From: Malacoraja senta
Taxonomy: Eukaryota
Assembly: GCA_038087875.1 (NCBI GenBank)
Contig: CM075995.1
Location: 4,032,001 to 4,096,000 of the forward strand
DNA length: 64,000 nucleotides
Reading direction: 5' to 3'
Part shown: in pieces, positions 1 to 14,095 of the stretch
Layout of the letters: the number at the start of each line of letters is the position of its first letter
Position numbering within the stretch: the stretch's first letter is position 1
Notes under the pieces: generated by a model
Told to the model about the DNA's origin: nothing
Database searches by the model: none
What the model saw: the letters and a program-made list of their open reading frames with translations, nothing else
Made by a program: the position numbers and the translations under genes

Positions 1-1082
1 TTGGTACTAAAGGTACAGAGGGATATGAGCCAAATATGGGCTGGCGGGAGAAGCGTAGGTGGAGCACCTTTGGTTTGATGGAATGGCGGTGCCTGTATGG
101 TGGTGGTGGGAGAAGGGAATCCCTATTCACATATTTCCAGCGTATGTTCCTTTAATATCCTGGAAAGAACAGCCTGAGGTGAAAAAAGACATCAGAGCAA
201 ATTTATTGAGATAAATGTACACGGTGTCCTCCTGTCTGGAAATCATGCTGCTACTTGTACCTCATAAGCTAATTGAGAAGCCTCACCTGATAGCACTGCG
301 ATGAAGAACCGTGAGCTTTGGAACTTGTGACTAATTAGGAATTCAGGGACTTGGAACTGTACTTAACCCGCCGTTACCAGACAAGGCAAGAGCAATTGTC
401 TCCTTCATAGAATAAATGAGGAAGCAACCTGCTTCCTAGATTTTCCAGATAATTAAACTCTTAAAGTCTGGGTTTTTTTTTTAACCAACTGGCTTTCTGC
501 CTCCAAAGATCATTCAATGCTGTTGCAAGCACATATTATGATAAATGAGAGTAAACAGACTTTATAAAACACATAGATAATTATAATGTCCTCTAATGAG
601 GCCTGCACTTGATCAACTCTTACAGGAACTCTCATTATCCCCTACATTATTCTTTACAAAGAAGTTCCTGAAGGTGACCTTTTTATAGCAGTAACCATGG
701 TTACAGGCCTCTTATCCACCAGCTAAATGACACTGTTCTTGCACAGCAAATATTACTGATTTTAGCAAAAATAATCGCTACATCTCTTCAGGTCTCGGCT
801 GATTAAATATGAATTCAAAAGAAAAATTGCTCCAGAAATTCAAAATGTGTTTTGCTTACTCATTTGGCAATAACCTTGTGGCACTGAGAATCATGGGATA
901 TAAAAACATCTTGTACAGGTTTCAGAAGTGCAATCAATCTTCCTTTAGGATCACGCTGGTAAAGATAACATGATGTTTGCTCTGCTTACAGGTTTACTGA
1001 CTGCAAATGTAACTTTAATGATTATTCGATGCAAGTGAAAATATTGTAATCATCACTTATTGTGGGAAGTGATGCAAGTCTC

Positions 1083-1560
1083 AGTTTAGTTTTGTTTAGT
1101 TTAGAGATACAGCGCAGAAACCGGCCCTTTGGCTCACTGAGTCCGCACCGACCAGTGATCCCACACACGGGACATTTTACAATTTTACCCAAATAATAAT
1201 AATAATAATAATAAATTTTATTTGTGGGCGCCTATACAAAAGTCTCAAGGACACCTTACAGAGTTTAACAAAGAAACAAATAATCGGGGTAAAATAAGTT
1301 ATAAAGACATCACCAATACACAAATGAAAGACAGAATTCAATCCAAAGACACAAAAAAGAAAATCAGAAACACAATGTGAGTACCCAAGCCAATTAACTA
1401 CAAACCTGTATGTCTCTGGAGTGTGGGAATAAACCGGAGCTCCTGGAGAAAACCCACGCAGGTCAAGGGGAGAATGTGCAAACTCCGCACCAGTAGTCAG
1501 GATTGAACCCAGGTCTCTGGCACTGTAGGGCAGCAGTTCTACTACCGCTGCACCACCCCT
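1083..1560 (-). mobile_element. HE1-like SINE interrupted by a LINE-tail insertion (about 1190-1383)
   Basis: Same head, core and tail as 33370-33726; TACCCAA repeated on both sides of the insert. Confidence 0.8.
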
Positions 1561-2227
1561 ATGTCCTAAAGTTGAAGTCTTATTCATATAGTGCCTTTAT
1601 TGTAAGAGTGAATCTGCAGAGATATCTTGATGTGAGGTTGTGCATCGAATTATCCCACATGGTTAACTTTTGACAAAGGACCTGGACATAAGGTCATAAG
1701 TGATAGGAACAGAATTAGCCTATCAAGTCTACTCTGCCATTTAATCATGGTTGATCTATCTCTTCCTGCCCATTCTCCTGCCTTCTCCCCCATAACCCCT
1801 GACACCCGTACTAATGGGATAGGACAACGATATCACGGAAAGAGAAAAATACCCCTACCCACAACATTACATTCCCTGTCACTGCACCCACCCATGGTTC
1901 TGGTTTTACTGGTGATTTTTATACTTTGCTCTTTCTCAACATTATGAAATATTATTATGTTGTATAATATTCCATCTTGCAAACAAATGTGAGCAGCTAA
2001 GAGTCGCAACTGCATAAAATGCCTCTGAACCAGAAACGAGTTACGGTTGATGCTGAGTTGACTGATGGACAATCTTGCATTTAAATTGTAAATTGTGTGG
2101 GTGAGTGGTAACATTTAAAGGGAGTTAATAGGAATGTGGGGAGAATAAAAATAGGTTTGAGGTAAGATTGATGTATAAGGGTGCCAATGGTCTGAGGAGG
2201 CTGGTTCTGTGCTGTTCTTCATAACAC

Positions 2228-2506
2228 TTTAGACTTTAGAGATACCCCCGTACACTAGCACTATCCTACTTTAATAATTGTTTGATGCAAGTGAAAATAA
2301 TGTAATCATCCCTACACGCTAGGGATAATTTCCAATTTACAGAAGCCAATCAGCCTACAAACCTGTACGTCTTTACAGTGTGGGAGGAAACCGGATCACC
2401 CAGTGAAAACCCAGGCAGGTCACGGGGAGAAAGTACAAACTATGTACAGACAGCACCCGTAGTCAGGTCTATGGCGCTTTAAGGCAGCAACACTGCCGCT
2501 GTGCCA
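2228..2506 (-). mobile_element. HE1-like SINE
   Basis: Core and head similar to the other copies. Confidence 0.75.
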
Positions 2507-3790
2507 TTCTGACAATATTTTATACAAAACTGTTAACCCTTTCCACTGCCAGTTATTTTTACCTCACCTTGCAGCAACTTACAACATATAATAGTCGATA
2601 AATTGACAGAAGAAAATTATGAGCTGATCTTTTAACTCTTGGGCTCTTAACCATAGCTGCAATCAACTCCCTTTTAACCTGTTCACTTCCAAGTTTTTTC
2701 TCAATATTGGCCATGACCCAAGTATTGGCACTGAACTGGTGAAACTATACTACCATGATAATCCAAGCCCCATACATAATTACATATCAACAGTTGTAAG
2801 AATGTAAGAATTTATCCATAGACATAGAAACAAAATGCTCTTTGTGTGAGATAAATCAGTCCTGACAAGGTGAAAATATGTTGCATGTCATCATTATGAA
2901 GCTGATTATGTTTCAATTGCTGTTAAAACAAAGTCAATGTGTCTCAGAGCCAAATGACTTCTAGATACCTTTTATTCAACTGTGTCACTCGCTAGCTGCT
3001 AGCTCCCGTCCCCAACAGTCAGAGATCCTGTAGTTCCACTGAATACCAATGCCTGTAGTTGCCAACCATCAGATGTGTGAAGATCTCCTTCCATATCTCC
3101 CCCTCTTCCAAGTACAGGTCCACCACCGACCCTTGATTCAAGAGCCTTTCTGGATTAAGAGGTGTTGCCAGGCCAACAGAGGTCACGGCCTCCGAGAGGA
3201 GGCCAACACTACTGGAATGGTCCTCCTAGGCCGCTGAGGGACCTAGATACTGGCTCGCAGAGAAGGCCTCGGAAATCTGCTGGCTCCGGCTGGGCCGGAG
3301 TTCTAGAGCCCTGGCCGCAGAAGACAAATTCAACCCATCGATTGTTGCAGAAGTCCCAATGAGGTCGAGATCGGCTACCTTACCCGGCCTAGGAGCTACA
3401 TTTTCGAGGGGACTTCCGGGAGGGATTTCAAGAGAGCCCTTGTGATTTTGTCCAGATTAAAGGAGGTGCCAGACCAACAGTTGCTGGAAAATCGGCAGTG
3501 GACCTGTATTCTGTACTCCCTTCTCCTGTAAAAAAAATTTAAAAATGAGTGGGTGCAAAGGCATATCTCTGTTGGAGTCCCGACGTCGGAGTTTCGCACA
3601 TCCCGACGAGTAGCGGAGGGATCATGGCCCCGACCACGGATGAACAAAGGAGGAGGACTGACTGAAAGTTATTGCCTTACACCACAGTGAAGAATGTTGA
3701 CCCCACTGTGGTGGATGTTCATGTTGTATTCTATTGTGTATTGTGCCCTTTTGTTTGTATGGCTGCATGGTAAGTCAAATTCCACTGTAC

Positions 3791-3883
3791 CTGAAGAAGG
3801 GTTTCGGCCCGAAACGTTACCTATTTCCTTCGCTCCATAGATGCTGCTGCACCCGCTGAGTTTCTCCAGCATTTTTGTGTACC
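3791..3883 (+). mobile_element. Short PLE-derived insertion containing a hammerhead-like core, with a target-site duplication
   Basis: CTGAAGAAGGGTTTCGGCCCGAAACGTTAC; flanked by TTCCACTGTACC(T) at 3780-3792 and 3884-3896. Confidence 0.75.
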
Positions 3884-4287
3884 TTCCACTGTACCTTAAT
3901 TGGTGCATGTGGCAATAAATGTGAACTTGAACTTTAACTTGAACTTGAATTGGTAAGGATAGCACCAAGGGAAGTGCTGGAGGAACTCAGCGGCTCAGGC
4001 AGCATCTGTAGAGGAAATTGATACGCAACATTTTGTATTGGGACCATCCCCCAAACCCCTTCCAGGTCATACTCAAAAAGCAAGACTCCATTAACGTTCA
4101 ACATTATTCCTTGGAGAGCAGGTGGCCAAAGGGTGATTTTATAGAGGTGTATAAAATTATGAGCGGTATAGATAGGGTGAATGCACACAGTCTTTTACCC
4201 AGGATAGAGGAATCAAAATCTGAGGACAACTTTTTTCATTCATTCGATAATGAATTTATGGAACAACCTGTCCAAGGAGGTAGTTAG

Positions 4288-4746
4288 AAACACAGACATA
4301 GAAACATAGAAAATAGTTGCAGAAGTAGGCTATTCGGCCTTTTGAGCCAGCACCGCCATTCAATAAGATCATGGCTGATCATCCAGAATCAGTACCCCGT
4401 TCCTGCTTTCTCCCCATATCCCTTGATTCTGTTGGTTCTATGAGCGATATCCCACTCTTGAATACATCCAATGAATTGGCCTCCACTGCCTTCTGTGGCA
4501 GAGAATTCCACAGATTCACAACTCTCCGGGTGAAAATGTTTTTCCTCATCTCAGTCCTAAATGGCCTACCCCTTATTCTTAAACTGTGACCCCTGGTTCT
4601 GGACTCCCCCAACATTGGAAACATTTTTCCTGCATTATTCTTTCCTGCATCTTTCTGTCCAATCCTTTAAGAATTTTATATGTTTCTAAAAGATTCCCTC
4701 TCATCCTTCTAAATTCCAATGAATATAAGCCCAGTCGGTCCATTCT
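4288..4746 (-). mobile_element. CR1 LINE 3' fragment
   Basis: ESRTRGHSLRIRG..RVVNLWNSLP motif and tail. Confidence 0.88.
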
Positions 4747-4824
4747 TTAGTTGATATAAGTACTATAACAACATATAAAAGTCACTGGAAAAGTACACGG
4801 ATAGGAAAGGGTTAGAGGGTTATG

Positions 4825-5864
4825 TAGCAATGTTACAAACTTTTGAGATTTTAAAAATAAAGTCTGCAATTTATCCCATCAGATAAAGCATAAAAAGAAG
4901 TTTAATTTGACACCTAATTCACTTTCATATCTTCAGTATTAAAGAAGTTATGGCCATTTTCATACTCGGAAATTAGCATCTTGTTCCCAATTGCTTTTCC
5001 ATTGACTTAACACAAAAGCTGTGATCGAGGACAGTTAAAAGCCCATAACTTTCTTAAAAATTAAGATAACTGAAAGAAATTTTCAGTTATTATAGATTGA
5101 AGCATTCTGCAACAAATATGAAACAATCTTACTTAGAAGACATGAAAGTAAAGCATATAATTAGTTAGTTACCTAATTGTAGCCAATTACAAAATTCAAT
5201 TACTAGATCTAAACATCTATCAATTTCTAAAGAATAGATTAACATTTTTAAATAGGGTAAGTGTCCAAATAACATTCACACAAGAATTCACAATATAACA
5301 TAATTTTTAAATCTAATTTTCATGAATTTACAGGCCAAATGGAAGGAATTGAATGTTTAATACCTGTAAATTAATGGGCATTTATATCATCTTGTGAGTG
5401 AGGATTTCTGGAACGCGATCTTTTGGAACGTTCATTTGCGGGGAATTTAACCCTGTATTGGCATGAAAAATACTGCCGTTAGTTCGGGGAATAAAATCAC
5501 CGTGTCGCATGAAAAAATGTGAATTAAAGGCTTCTTAAGAAGCACTTTTATACATTTAAAGAATCCACTTTCGTTTACCTGTCCCGTGTGTGAAATCCGT
5601 CCCCGTTATCGGCATTGACGCTTCAGGAGCTGCTTTTAAAATTACTCTAGCGCTGACATTGACGATTTAATAAAAATAAAAAATTCACAAAAGGCTACCA
5701 GGAACGATTCTTCAGCAAACGCTTGTACTCCAACAAAATATTAACCAGGACAAGGGAGGAGAAACCGCGTTTTAACCCCGCCCCCCCTTAAAGGCGCCAA
5801 AATCGTGCACACGGCCAGTGGCAGAATTACAGCGCGACTGAAGGTAAGTTTTGTAACATACCTA
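4825..5864. mobile_element. Non-autonomous DNA transposon (TAG...CTA termini) inserted into a CR1 tail
   Basis: Imperfect TIR TAGCAATGTTACAAA / TTTGTAACATACCTA; GGTTATG duplicated on both sides; removing it restores the CR1 tail GATAGGAAAGG..AGAGGGTTATGGGCCAAA. Confidence 0.85.
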
Positions 5865-6634
5865 GGTTATGGGCCAAAGAAGGCAAAGAGGACTATCTTA
5901 AATGAGATCTTGGTCAGCATTGGCGAGTTGGTCCGAAGGGCCAGTTTTCATGTTGTATGACTATATAACATCTAATCTGAGCTCACTAGCATGAGTTCTT
6001 AATTGCAGCTATAACCATAAAATGGGGGCTTTGAAGACGATGGGCTTAATAGAGCAGAGAACATGAAGCAGAAATGTAATAATAATGTAAAACTATAAAG
6101 GGTTTTGCCAGCAAATAATGAGAAACTGCTTTCATTGCCAAAGGGGACAGTGAGTAATCGATGCAGAATTAAGATAATTGGTAAAAGTTTCAGGGGGGAG
6201 ATGAGGAGTGAATATACTGCCTGAAGGAATGGTGGCAGCAGATTCAATTGTATTGCTCAGTGGGGAATTGTGTATGTACTTCAAAGTAAAAGGTTTGTAG
6301 ACCCATGCAGAATGAATAAGGGAGTGGTGGTTAATTAGATTTCAGAAGTACAGTATTCTTCTTTTCAGGTTACAGGTACTGTGAAATCTCCTGCACGAAA
6401 ATGATGACTGTAATAACAGCTTCAATTTGCAAAAGTCAAGTTAATAAAGTATTGGGTTAAATGATCACTGCTTCAAATTGCCTCAGCTAACAATGAACCA
6501 TTCTACATTTCCTGTTTAAGAAAGGACTGTCTGAAGAAGGGTCTCGACCCAAAACGTCACCTATTCCTTCTCTGCATAGATGCTGCTTCACCCGCTGAGT
6601 TCCATCAGCATTTTATTCTACATTTCCTTATCAT

Positions 6635-8037
6635 ATAACCATATAACCATATAACAATTACAGCACGGAAACAGGCCATCTCGACCCTTCTAGTCCGTGC
6701 CGAACACGTATTCTCCCCTAGTCCCATATACCTGCGCTCAGACCATAACCCTCCATTCCTTTCCCGTCCATATAACTATCCAATTTATTTTTAAATGATA
6801 AAAACGAACCTGCCTCCACCACCTTCACTGGAAGCTCATTCGACACAGCCACCACTCTCTGAGTAAAGAAGTTCCCCCTCATGTTACCCCTAAACTTCTG
6901 TCCCTTAATTCTCAAGTCATGTTCCCTTGTTTGAATCTTCCCTACTCTCAGTGGGAAAAGCTTATCCACGTCAACTCTGTCTATCCCTCTCATCATTTTA
7001 AAGACCTCTATCGTCCCCCCTTAACCTTCTGCGCTCCAAAGAATAAAGCCCTAACTTGTTCAAGCTTTCTCTGCAACTTAGTTGCTGAAACCCAGGCAAC
7101 ATTCTAGTAAATCTCCTCTGTACTCTCTCTATTTTGTTGACATCCTTCCTACAATTAGGCGACCAAAATTGTACACCATACTCCAGAATTGGCCTCACCA
7201 ATGCCTTGTACAATTTTAACATTACATCCCAACTTCTATACTCAATGCTCTGATTTATAAAAGCCAGCACATCAAAAGCTTTCTTTACCACCCTATCTAC
7301 ATGAGATTCCACTTTCAGGGAACTGTGCACAGTTATTCCAAGATCCCTCTGTTCACCTGCATTCTTCAATTCCCTACCATTTACCATGTACGTCCTATTT
7401 TGATTTGTCCTGCCAAGATGTAGCACCTCACACTTATCAGCATTAAACTCCATCTGCCATCTTTCAGCCCACTCTTCCAACCGGCATAAATCTCTCTGTA
7501 GACTTTGAAAATCTACTTCATTATCCACAGCCCCACCTATCTTAGTATCATCTGCATACTTACTAATCCAATTTACCACACCATCATCCAGATCATTGAT
7601 GTACATGACAAACAACAGTGGACCCAACACAGATCCCTGTGGCACCCCACTAGTCACTGGCCTCCAACCTGACAAACAGCCATCAACCATTACTCTCTGG
7701 CATCTCCCATTCAGCCACTGTTGAATCCATCTTGCTACTCCACCATTAATACCCAACCATTGAACCTTCTTAACCAACCTTCCGTGAGGAACCTTGTCAA
7801 AGGCCTTACTGAAGTCCATATATACAACATCCACGGCTTTACCCTCATCAATTTCCCGAGTAACCTCTTCAAAAAATTCAAGAAGATTAGTCAAACATGA
7901 CCTTCCAGGCACAAATCCATGTTGACTGTTCCTAATCAGCCCCTGTTTATCCAGATGCTTATATATATTATCTCTAAGTATCCTTTCCATTAATTTGCCC
8001 ACCACTGACGTCAAACTAACAGGTCTATAATTGCTAT
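6635..8037 (-). mobile_element. CR1 LINE, 5'-truncated, with 3' tail
   Basis: ORF 6998-8014 RT motifs; FFTQRVV C-terminus; (ATATGGTT)n tail. Confidence 0.95.
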
Positions 8038-8547
8038 ATATTGATCTGCTATATAACAGATCATCAGTCTGTTTTGATCTCTCGTTATCAGACCTTATCC
8101 CTCCACATCTCTAGACTCCCTCTCCCCTGACTCTCAGTCAGAGGAAGGATCTCGGCCCAAAACGTCACCCGTTCCTGCTCTCCAGAGATGCTGCCTGTCC
8201 CGCTGAGTTGCTCCAGCATTTTGCATCTATCTTCAAATTGGAGGTCGCCTCTTATAATATTGATGTAAAAAGGCAGACCTGCACATTTTAAATCCACCTC
8301 TTCATTTCCACATCTACCAACCAGCCAGAACAGTTAAAGCTTTAAGATATAAGAGGAGTCTAATGAGCTGTGCATCCAAAACAAGGATCTAATCAGAATC
8401 TCATCCTGTGGTAATGTTCAGACCAAATGATGGAGATGAGTTTATAATGTACAGGTAATTTGTGAATAGACGATGTTAATGTAACCACTGAGGGTGGGCT
8501 CACCAGTAACTCCACCTTTCCTGGCTTTTAAGATTATTCTGTGAGAT

Positions 8548-9112
8548 GTATCGTGTGCAGTTTTGGTCCCCTAATTTGAGGAAGGACATTCTTGCTATTG
8601 AAGGAGTGCAGCGTAGGTTTACAAGGTTAATTCCCGGGATGGCGGGACTGTCATATGCTGAGAGAATGGAGCAGCTGGGCTTGTACACTCTGGAGTTTAG
8701 AAGGCTGAGAGGATATCTCATTGAAACATATAAGATTGTTAAGGGCTTGGACACGCTAGAGGCAGGAAACATGTTCCCGATGTTGGGGGAGTCCAGAAGC
8801 AAGGACCACATTTTAAGAATAAGGAGTAAGCCATTTAGAATGGAGACAAGGAACCACTTTTTCTCACAGAGAGTGGTGAGTCTGTGGAATTCTCTGCCTC
8901 AGAGGGCGGTGGAGGCAGGTTCTGTGGATGCTTTCAAGAGAGAGCTAGATAGGGCTATTAAAAATAGCGGAGTCAGGGGATATGGGGAGAAGGCAGGAAA
9001 GGGGTACTGATTGGGGATGATCAGCCATGATCACATTGAATGGTGGTGCTGGCTCGAAGGGCCAAATGGCCTACTCCTGCACCTATTGTCTATTGTCTAT
9101 TGTCTATTGTCT
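8548..9112 (+). mobile_element. CR1 LINE 3' fragment
   Basis: VQFWSP..EGVQRRFTRLIPG..FFSQRVV; (CTATTGT)n tail. Confidence 0.9.
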
Positions 9113-10694
9113 ATCTTTCCAGTGTATTATACGGTACGATACGATAGAACTCCATTGATCCTAGGAGGGAAATTGATCTGCCAACAATCATAAAACACAA
9201 GATACATAAAACGTGACATTTAAGTGATGAGTCCAGGATTGGGGATGTGCAAAGATTGGGGTGGGGTGGTTTGGGATGGGTGGGGTAAGGGGAGGCAGTC
9301 TACACCATCACAGAAGGGGGAGGAGTTGTACAGTTTTATAACCACAGGGAAAAAGTATATTGTTCTGTGCTGCATCTTGGTGGAACCAGTCTGTTGCTGA
9401 AGGTGCTCCTCAGGTTGACCAGTTTGTCATGGAGGGGGTGAGCTGTGTAGTCCTCCCCTCTAAGACCATCTCCAACGAATCCAACTCCACTCCCAGGACA
9501 GAGCTAGCTTTCCTGATGAGCTTGTTGATTCTAAAATATTAAATATTAAATATTATACATTATTATATAAATATTTGAAAATATTATGAACATAATGTAA
9601 ACATTATTGTACTTTCTAAATTACAAAAACATAGGCCAGGTACTTGTGTAAGGAAAGGGTGAAAGGAATAGGTGCTGTTTCGGGTCAAACCCCTTCTCCA
9701 GACTGGGAGTTCTGAGAGTCAGAAGCAGGGTTTTGACCTGAAACATTATTTTTCTCCAGAGATGCTGCCTGACCCGCTGAGTTACTCCAGCATTTGTGTC
9801 TATTATCGGTGTAAACCAGCATCTGCAGTTCCTTCCTACACATTTTGTCTGATCCACTGGAAAATCTCTTCAGGTGTGCCTACTTTGAAGAAATTCTCCT
9901 CCTCTCTCCGACGAGCACTCTGCAACACCCTCTCTCAGGAGTCTTGGAGTCATAGAGGGACACAGTGTGGAAACAGCCCCTTCGGCCCAACTTGCCCTCG
10001 ACGGCCAACATGTCCCAGCTACACTAGTCCCACTTGCCCGCATTTGCTTAATTTTCCTCCAAAACTGATCCATGAACCTGTCTAACTGCTTCTTAAATGT
10101 TGGGATAGACCCTGCTACAACTACCTCCTCTGGCAGCTTGTTCATACACCCACCACCCTTTGTGTGAAGTCTGAAGAATGGTGTCAACCCGAAACATCGC
10201 CTATTCCTTTTCCCAAGAGATGCTGCATAACCCACTGAGTTACTCCAGCATTTTGTGTCTATCATCTGAGGAAAGGGTATTATTTGTTGCTGGATTGTGC
10301 TTCCTTATTGGTATATAGAAAATGGCATCCAATGTTTGATGTCTCATGGAGTTTCAGAAGGTCATTGTATTTACATGTAAACTTCCCATTAAACTTGCCA
10401 CAGTACATTCAGCCTGCTAATCAAGTGTTTTGTTTAAAGTGTTTTAACCAGATATGGGTTAAAAGGGCAGAGTTTGTTGTTGGCCTTTTGAACTGAGCAC
10501 CTTGCTGATCAACTAATTACAATTAATTTAAAATAAATGAATGTAACTATTCAATGGAAGTTAAGTCAAACACACTGGTGTGTTCAGAGGTTTTATACGT
10601 TTACTTTGATGGAGTAGAGAGAGCAGACCCATTGTAACATTAAGTATATTCGAACAGAACAAATGCAACGTGATTTGATTTGGCACTTCACAAG

Positions 10695-11215
10695 TTCATA
10701 AGTTATAGTAGAATTAGGCCAAGGAGTCTACACCATTCAATCCTGGCTGATCTCTGCCTCCAATCCCATTTTCCTGCCTTCTCCTCATAACCCTTGACAC
10801 ACGTTCTAATCAAGAATTTGTCTATCTCTGCCTTAAAAATATCCACTGACTTGGCCTTCACAGCACTCTGTGGCAATGAGACCCACAGATCAACTACCCT
10901 CTTACTAAAGAAGTTCCTCCTCACCTTCTTTCTAAAAGAGCGTCCTTTAATTCTGAGGCTATGACCTCTGGTCCTAGATTCTCCCACCAGTGGAAAAAAT
11001 CCTCTGTAAGTTTCAATGAGGTCGCCCTTCTAAACTCCAGCTGTCAAACGCTCATCATATACTACCCCACTCATTCCTGGGATAATTCTTGTAAACCTCC
11101 TCTGGACCCTCTCCAGAGCCAGCACATCCTTCCTCAGATATGGGGCCCAGATTTGCTCACAGTACTCCAAATGCAGCCTGACCAGCACCTTATAGAGCCT
11201 CAGCATTACATCTCT
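10695..11215 (-). mobile_element. CR1 LINE 3' fragment with internal deletions
   Basis: LYKVLVRLHLEYC..LERVQRRFTR; TRGHSLRIKG. Confidence 0.85.
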
Positions 11216-11529
11216 TGGACTTGCCGACTGAGCATTCCACATATCCACACTTTGCTTGGGCTAATGCAGAGGCTGAACGATCTGATTCCCCACTGAGACT
11301 TATAGAGTCGTACCGCACAAAAAGAGAACCTTTGGCACAACTCACCATATCGACCAAGATGCTCCGTATAAGCAAGTCCACGTCCGTGTTTGGCCCATAT
11401 CCCTCTATCATTCATGTAATTGTCCAAGTATCTATTAGAGTCAGGCAAAGAGGCGCAGCAAAGATCAGACAACCGACTAGTGAGTCTCACCCCAGAACAT
11501 CCTGAAACCATCAAAAGGTGGCAAGGTTT

Positions 11530-11820
11530 TGGGCGGCAGTGGAGTTGCGGCCTCACAGCGCCAGAGACCCGGGGTCAATCCTGACTACAGGTGATGTCTG
11601 TACGGGGTTTGTAAATTCTCCCTGTGACTGCTTGGATTTTCTCTAGGTGCTCCAGTTTCCTCCCACATTCCAAAGATCTGCAGGTTTGTAGGTTAATTGG
11701 CTTCGGTAAAAACTGTAAATTGTCCCTAGAGTGTAGGATAGTGCTAGAGTACGGGGTGATCTCTGGTCGGCGTCGACTCAGTGAGCCGAAGGGCCTGTTT
11801 CCATACTGTATCTCCAAAGT
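11530..11820 (+). mobile_element. HE1-like SINE
   Basis: tRNA-like head, core and tail. Confidence 0.82.
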
Positions 11821-12473
11821 CTTATCTCATGTTAAAGGTAAGCGTCTTTCTTTCAGACTTTTTAAATGCCTCTAAGACATTACTGTAAATAATGATAGAA
11901 GTTGCAAAAAACGTTTACGATTTTTTTTTAATTGATTAAAATACGTGAAGAAATAACAAACCATTAATTAAGAGTAAGATGAGTGAACAAAGCATTCATT
12001 TATTTATGTAGGGAGGAACTGCAGATGCTGGTTTAACCAAAGACAGACACAAAACTCAACGGATCAGGCAGCATCTCTGGAGAATATGAACGGTTGGCGT
12101 TTCGGGTCAGGGGAAAGGGAAACGAGAGGTTCTTTTAATTTACCTCCTTGATGCCAGGTCAGAAATGAATGGGAACTCTGACAATGTCCCGGCTAGGTCC
12201 TGCTGGCACAAGACACAGTGGCTGATTCCTCCTGGAGTTCAGCATTGGAATAACAGATGCACCAACATCTGTTGCTCAGCATGTCCCTGTCTTACAGTAC
12301 GATTGGAAGGTACTTTGCCACAGATGGCCGAATGCCAGTATTTCCCTCCAGATCCACTAGGCACAACTGTTGCATTTTGACCCAACGATTCCGCATCCAC
12401 AACCACTGGAGTGGAGAATTCCAAGCATTCACAAGCATTCACCGGAGATCCCGGAGAAAACCCACGCAGGTCA

Positions 12474-12693
12474 TGTTTGTACGTTCTCCCCGTGACCGCG
12501 TGGATTTTCTCCGAGATCTTCGGTCTCCTCCCACACTCCAAAGACGCACAGGTTTGTAGGTTAATTGGCTATGAATAAATGTCAATTGCCCCCAATGTGT
12601 GTAGGATATCATTAATATGCGGGGTTCGCTGGTCGGCATGGACTTGGTGGGCCAAAGAGCCTGGTTCCAGGCTGTATCTCCAAACTAAACTAA
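12474..12693 (+). mobile_element. HE1-like SINE body, nested in an opposite-strand SINE
   Basis: Core plus (AAACT) tail; the flanks are minus-strand SINE pieces. Confidence 0.7.
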
Positions 12694-13579
12694 TCCCAGA
12701 TCTCTGGCGCTGTAGGCTGTAACTCTACCTCTGCGCCACTGTGCCGCCCTATGATGAAAATAGTGACGGAATTTCAAACTGCTGCGCTTTCATGAATGTG
12801 TTGCCTGGATCTGCACTATGTGGTGGAAACTGCTGTTGAAATGCATGAAAATGAAAACCAGCCTCAGCCTATCTATTTTCCTAAGTGAAAGTGAAAACAT
12901 ATTCTGTGTGATGTAAGGTTAGCACAGACTGCAGGGTCCAAATACATTTGCATTAGTTGACACAGATGGAATAAGCCTGTTTTTTGTTTAGGCACACTGA
13001 CTCTGTACTTCAGAGACAGCTACATCTGTCAATATAGAGCGGACTGACAGCGCTCATAGTGTGGTGAGACAGAATTATATTTGTTCAACTACAATTTGCA
13101 TTTGCTGTTTATTGTGATTTTAGGAACCTATAGTTTTTCTTTTTCCTCTGTCAAGGGAATAAATTGACTGCAAAAACACATAATTCAGGCTGGTGTTCGA
13201 AAGACTACAGCTTGGTGTGCAACACCATCACCCCCTCCACATTGGTTGCCAAGCTCAGTGAACTGGTCTCTGCGCATCCCTTTGCAACTGGATTCTTAAC
13301 CGCCTCATCTACAGAAGGTTGGCAGCAACACTTCATCCTCAATAACCATCAGGACAGGAGCGCCTCAAGGCTGTGTGCTCAGCACACTGCTCAACTCACC
13401 CTATACTCATGAATGAATAGCCGGGCACATATCCAACTCCATCTTTAAATTCATTCTGGTACAGGAGGGAGATCGATCGTCTGACTGAGTGGTGTCAGAA
13501 CAAGAACCTTGGTCCCAATGTCAGTAAAACCAAGGAAGTGATTGTTGAATTTAGAAGAGGAAAGCCGAGGATCCACAAA

Positions 13580-14095
13580 CCCTAATTTGAGGAAGGACAT
13601 TCTTGCTATTGAGGGAGTGCAGCATAGGTTCACGAGGTTAATTCCCAGGACTGTCATATGATGAAAGAATGGAGCGACTGGGCTTGTATTCACTGGAATT
13701 TAGAAGGATGAGAGGTTATCTTATAGAAACAAATACAATTATTAAGGGATTGGACATGCTAGATGCAGGAAACATGTTCCCGATGTTGGGGGAGTCCAGA
13801 ACCAGGGGCCACAGATTAAGAATAAGGGGTAGACCATTTAGAACTGAGATGAGGAAAAATTGTTTCACACAGAAAGTTGGAATTCTCTGCCTCAGAAGGC
13901 AGTGGAGGCCGATTCATTGGATGCATTCAAAAGAGAGTTAGATAGAGCTCTTAGGGCTAGCGGAATCAAGGGATATGGGGGGGAAGGCAGGAACGGGGTA
14001 CTGATTGTGGATGATCAGCCATGATCACATTGAATGGCGGTGCTGGCTCGAAGGGCCGAATGGCCTACTTCTGCACCTGTTTATGTATCTATGTA
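13580..14095 (+). mobile_element. CR1 LINE 3' fragment nested in a Rex1-like fragment
   Basis: ERLGLYSLEFRRMRG..ESRTRGH; the flanks (13200-13580 and 14095-14380) carry Rex1-type RT remnants. Confidence 0.8.
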
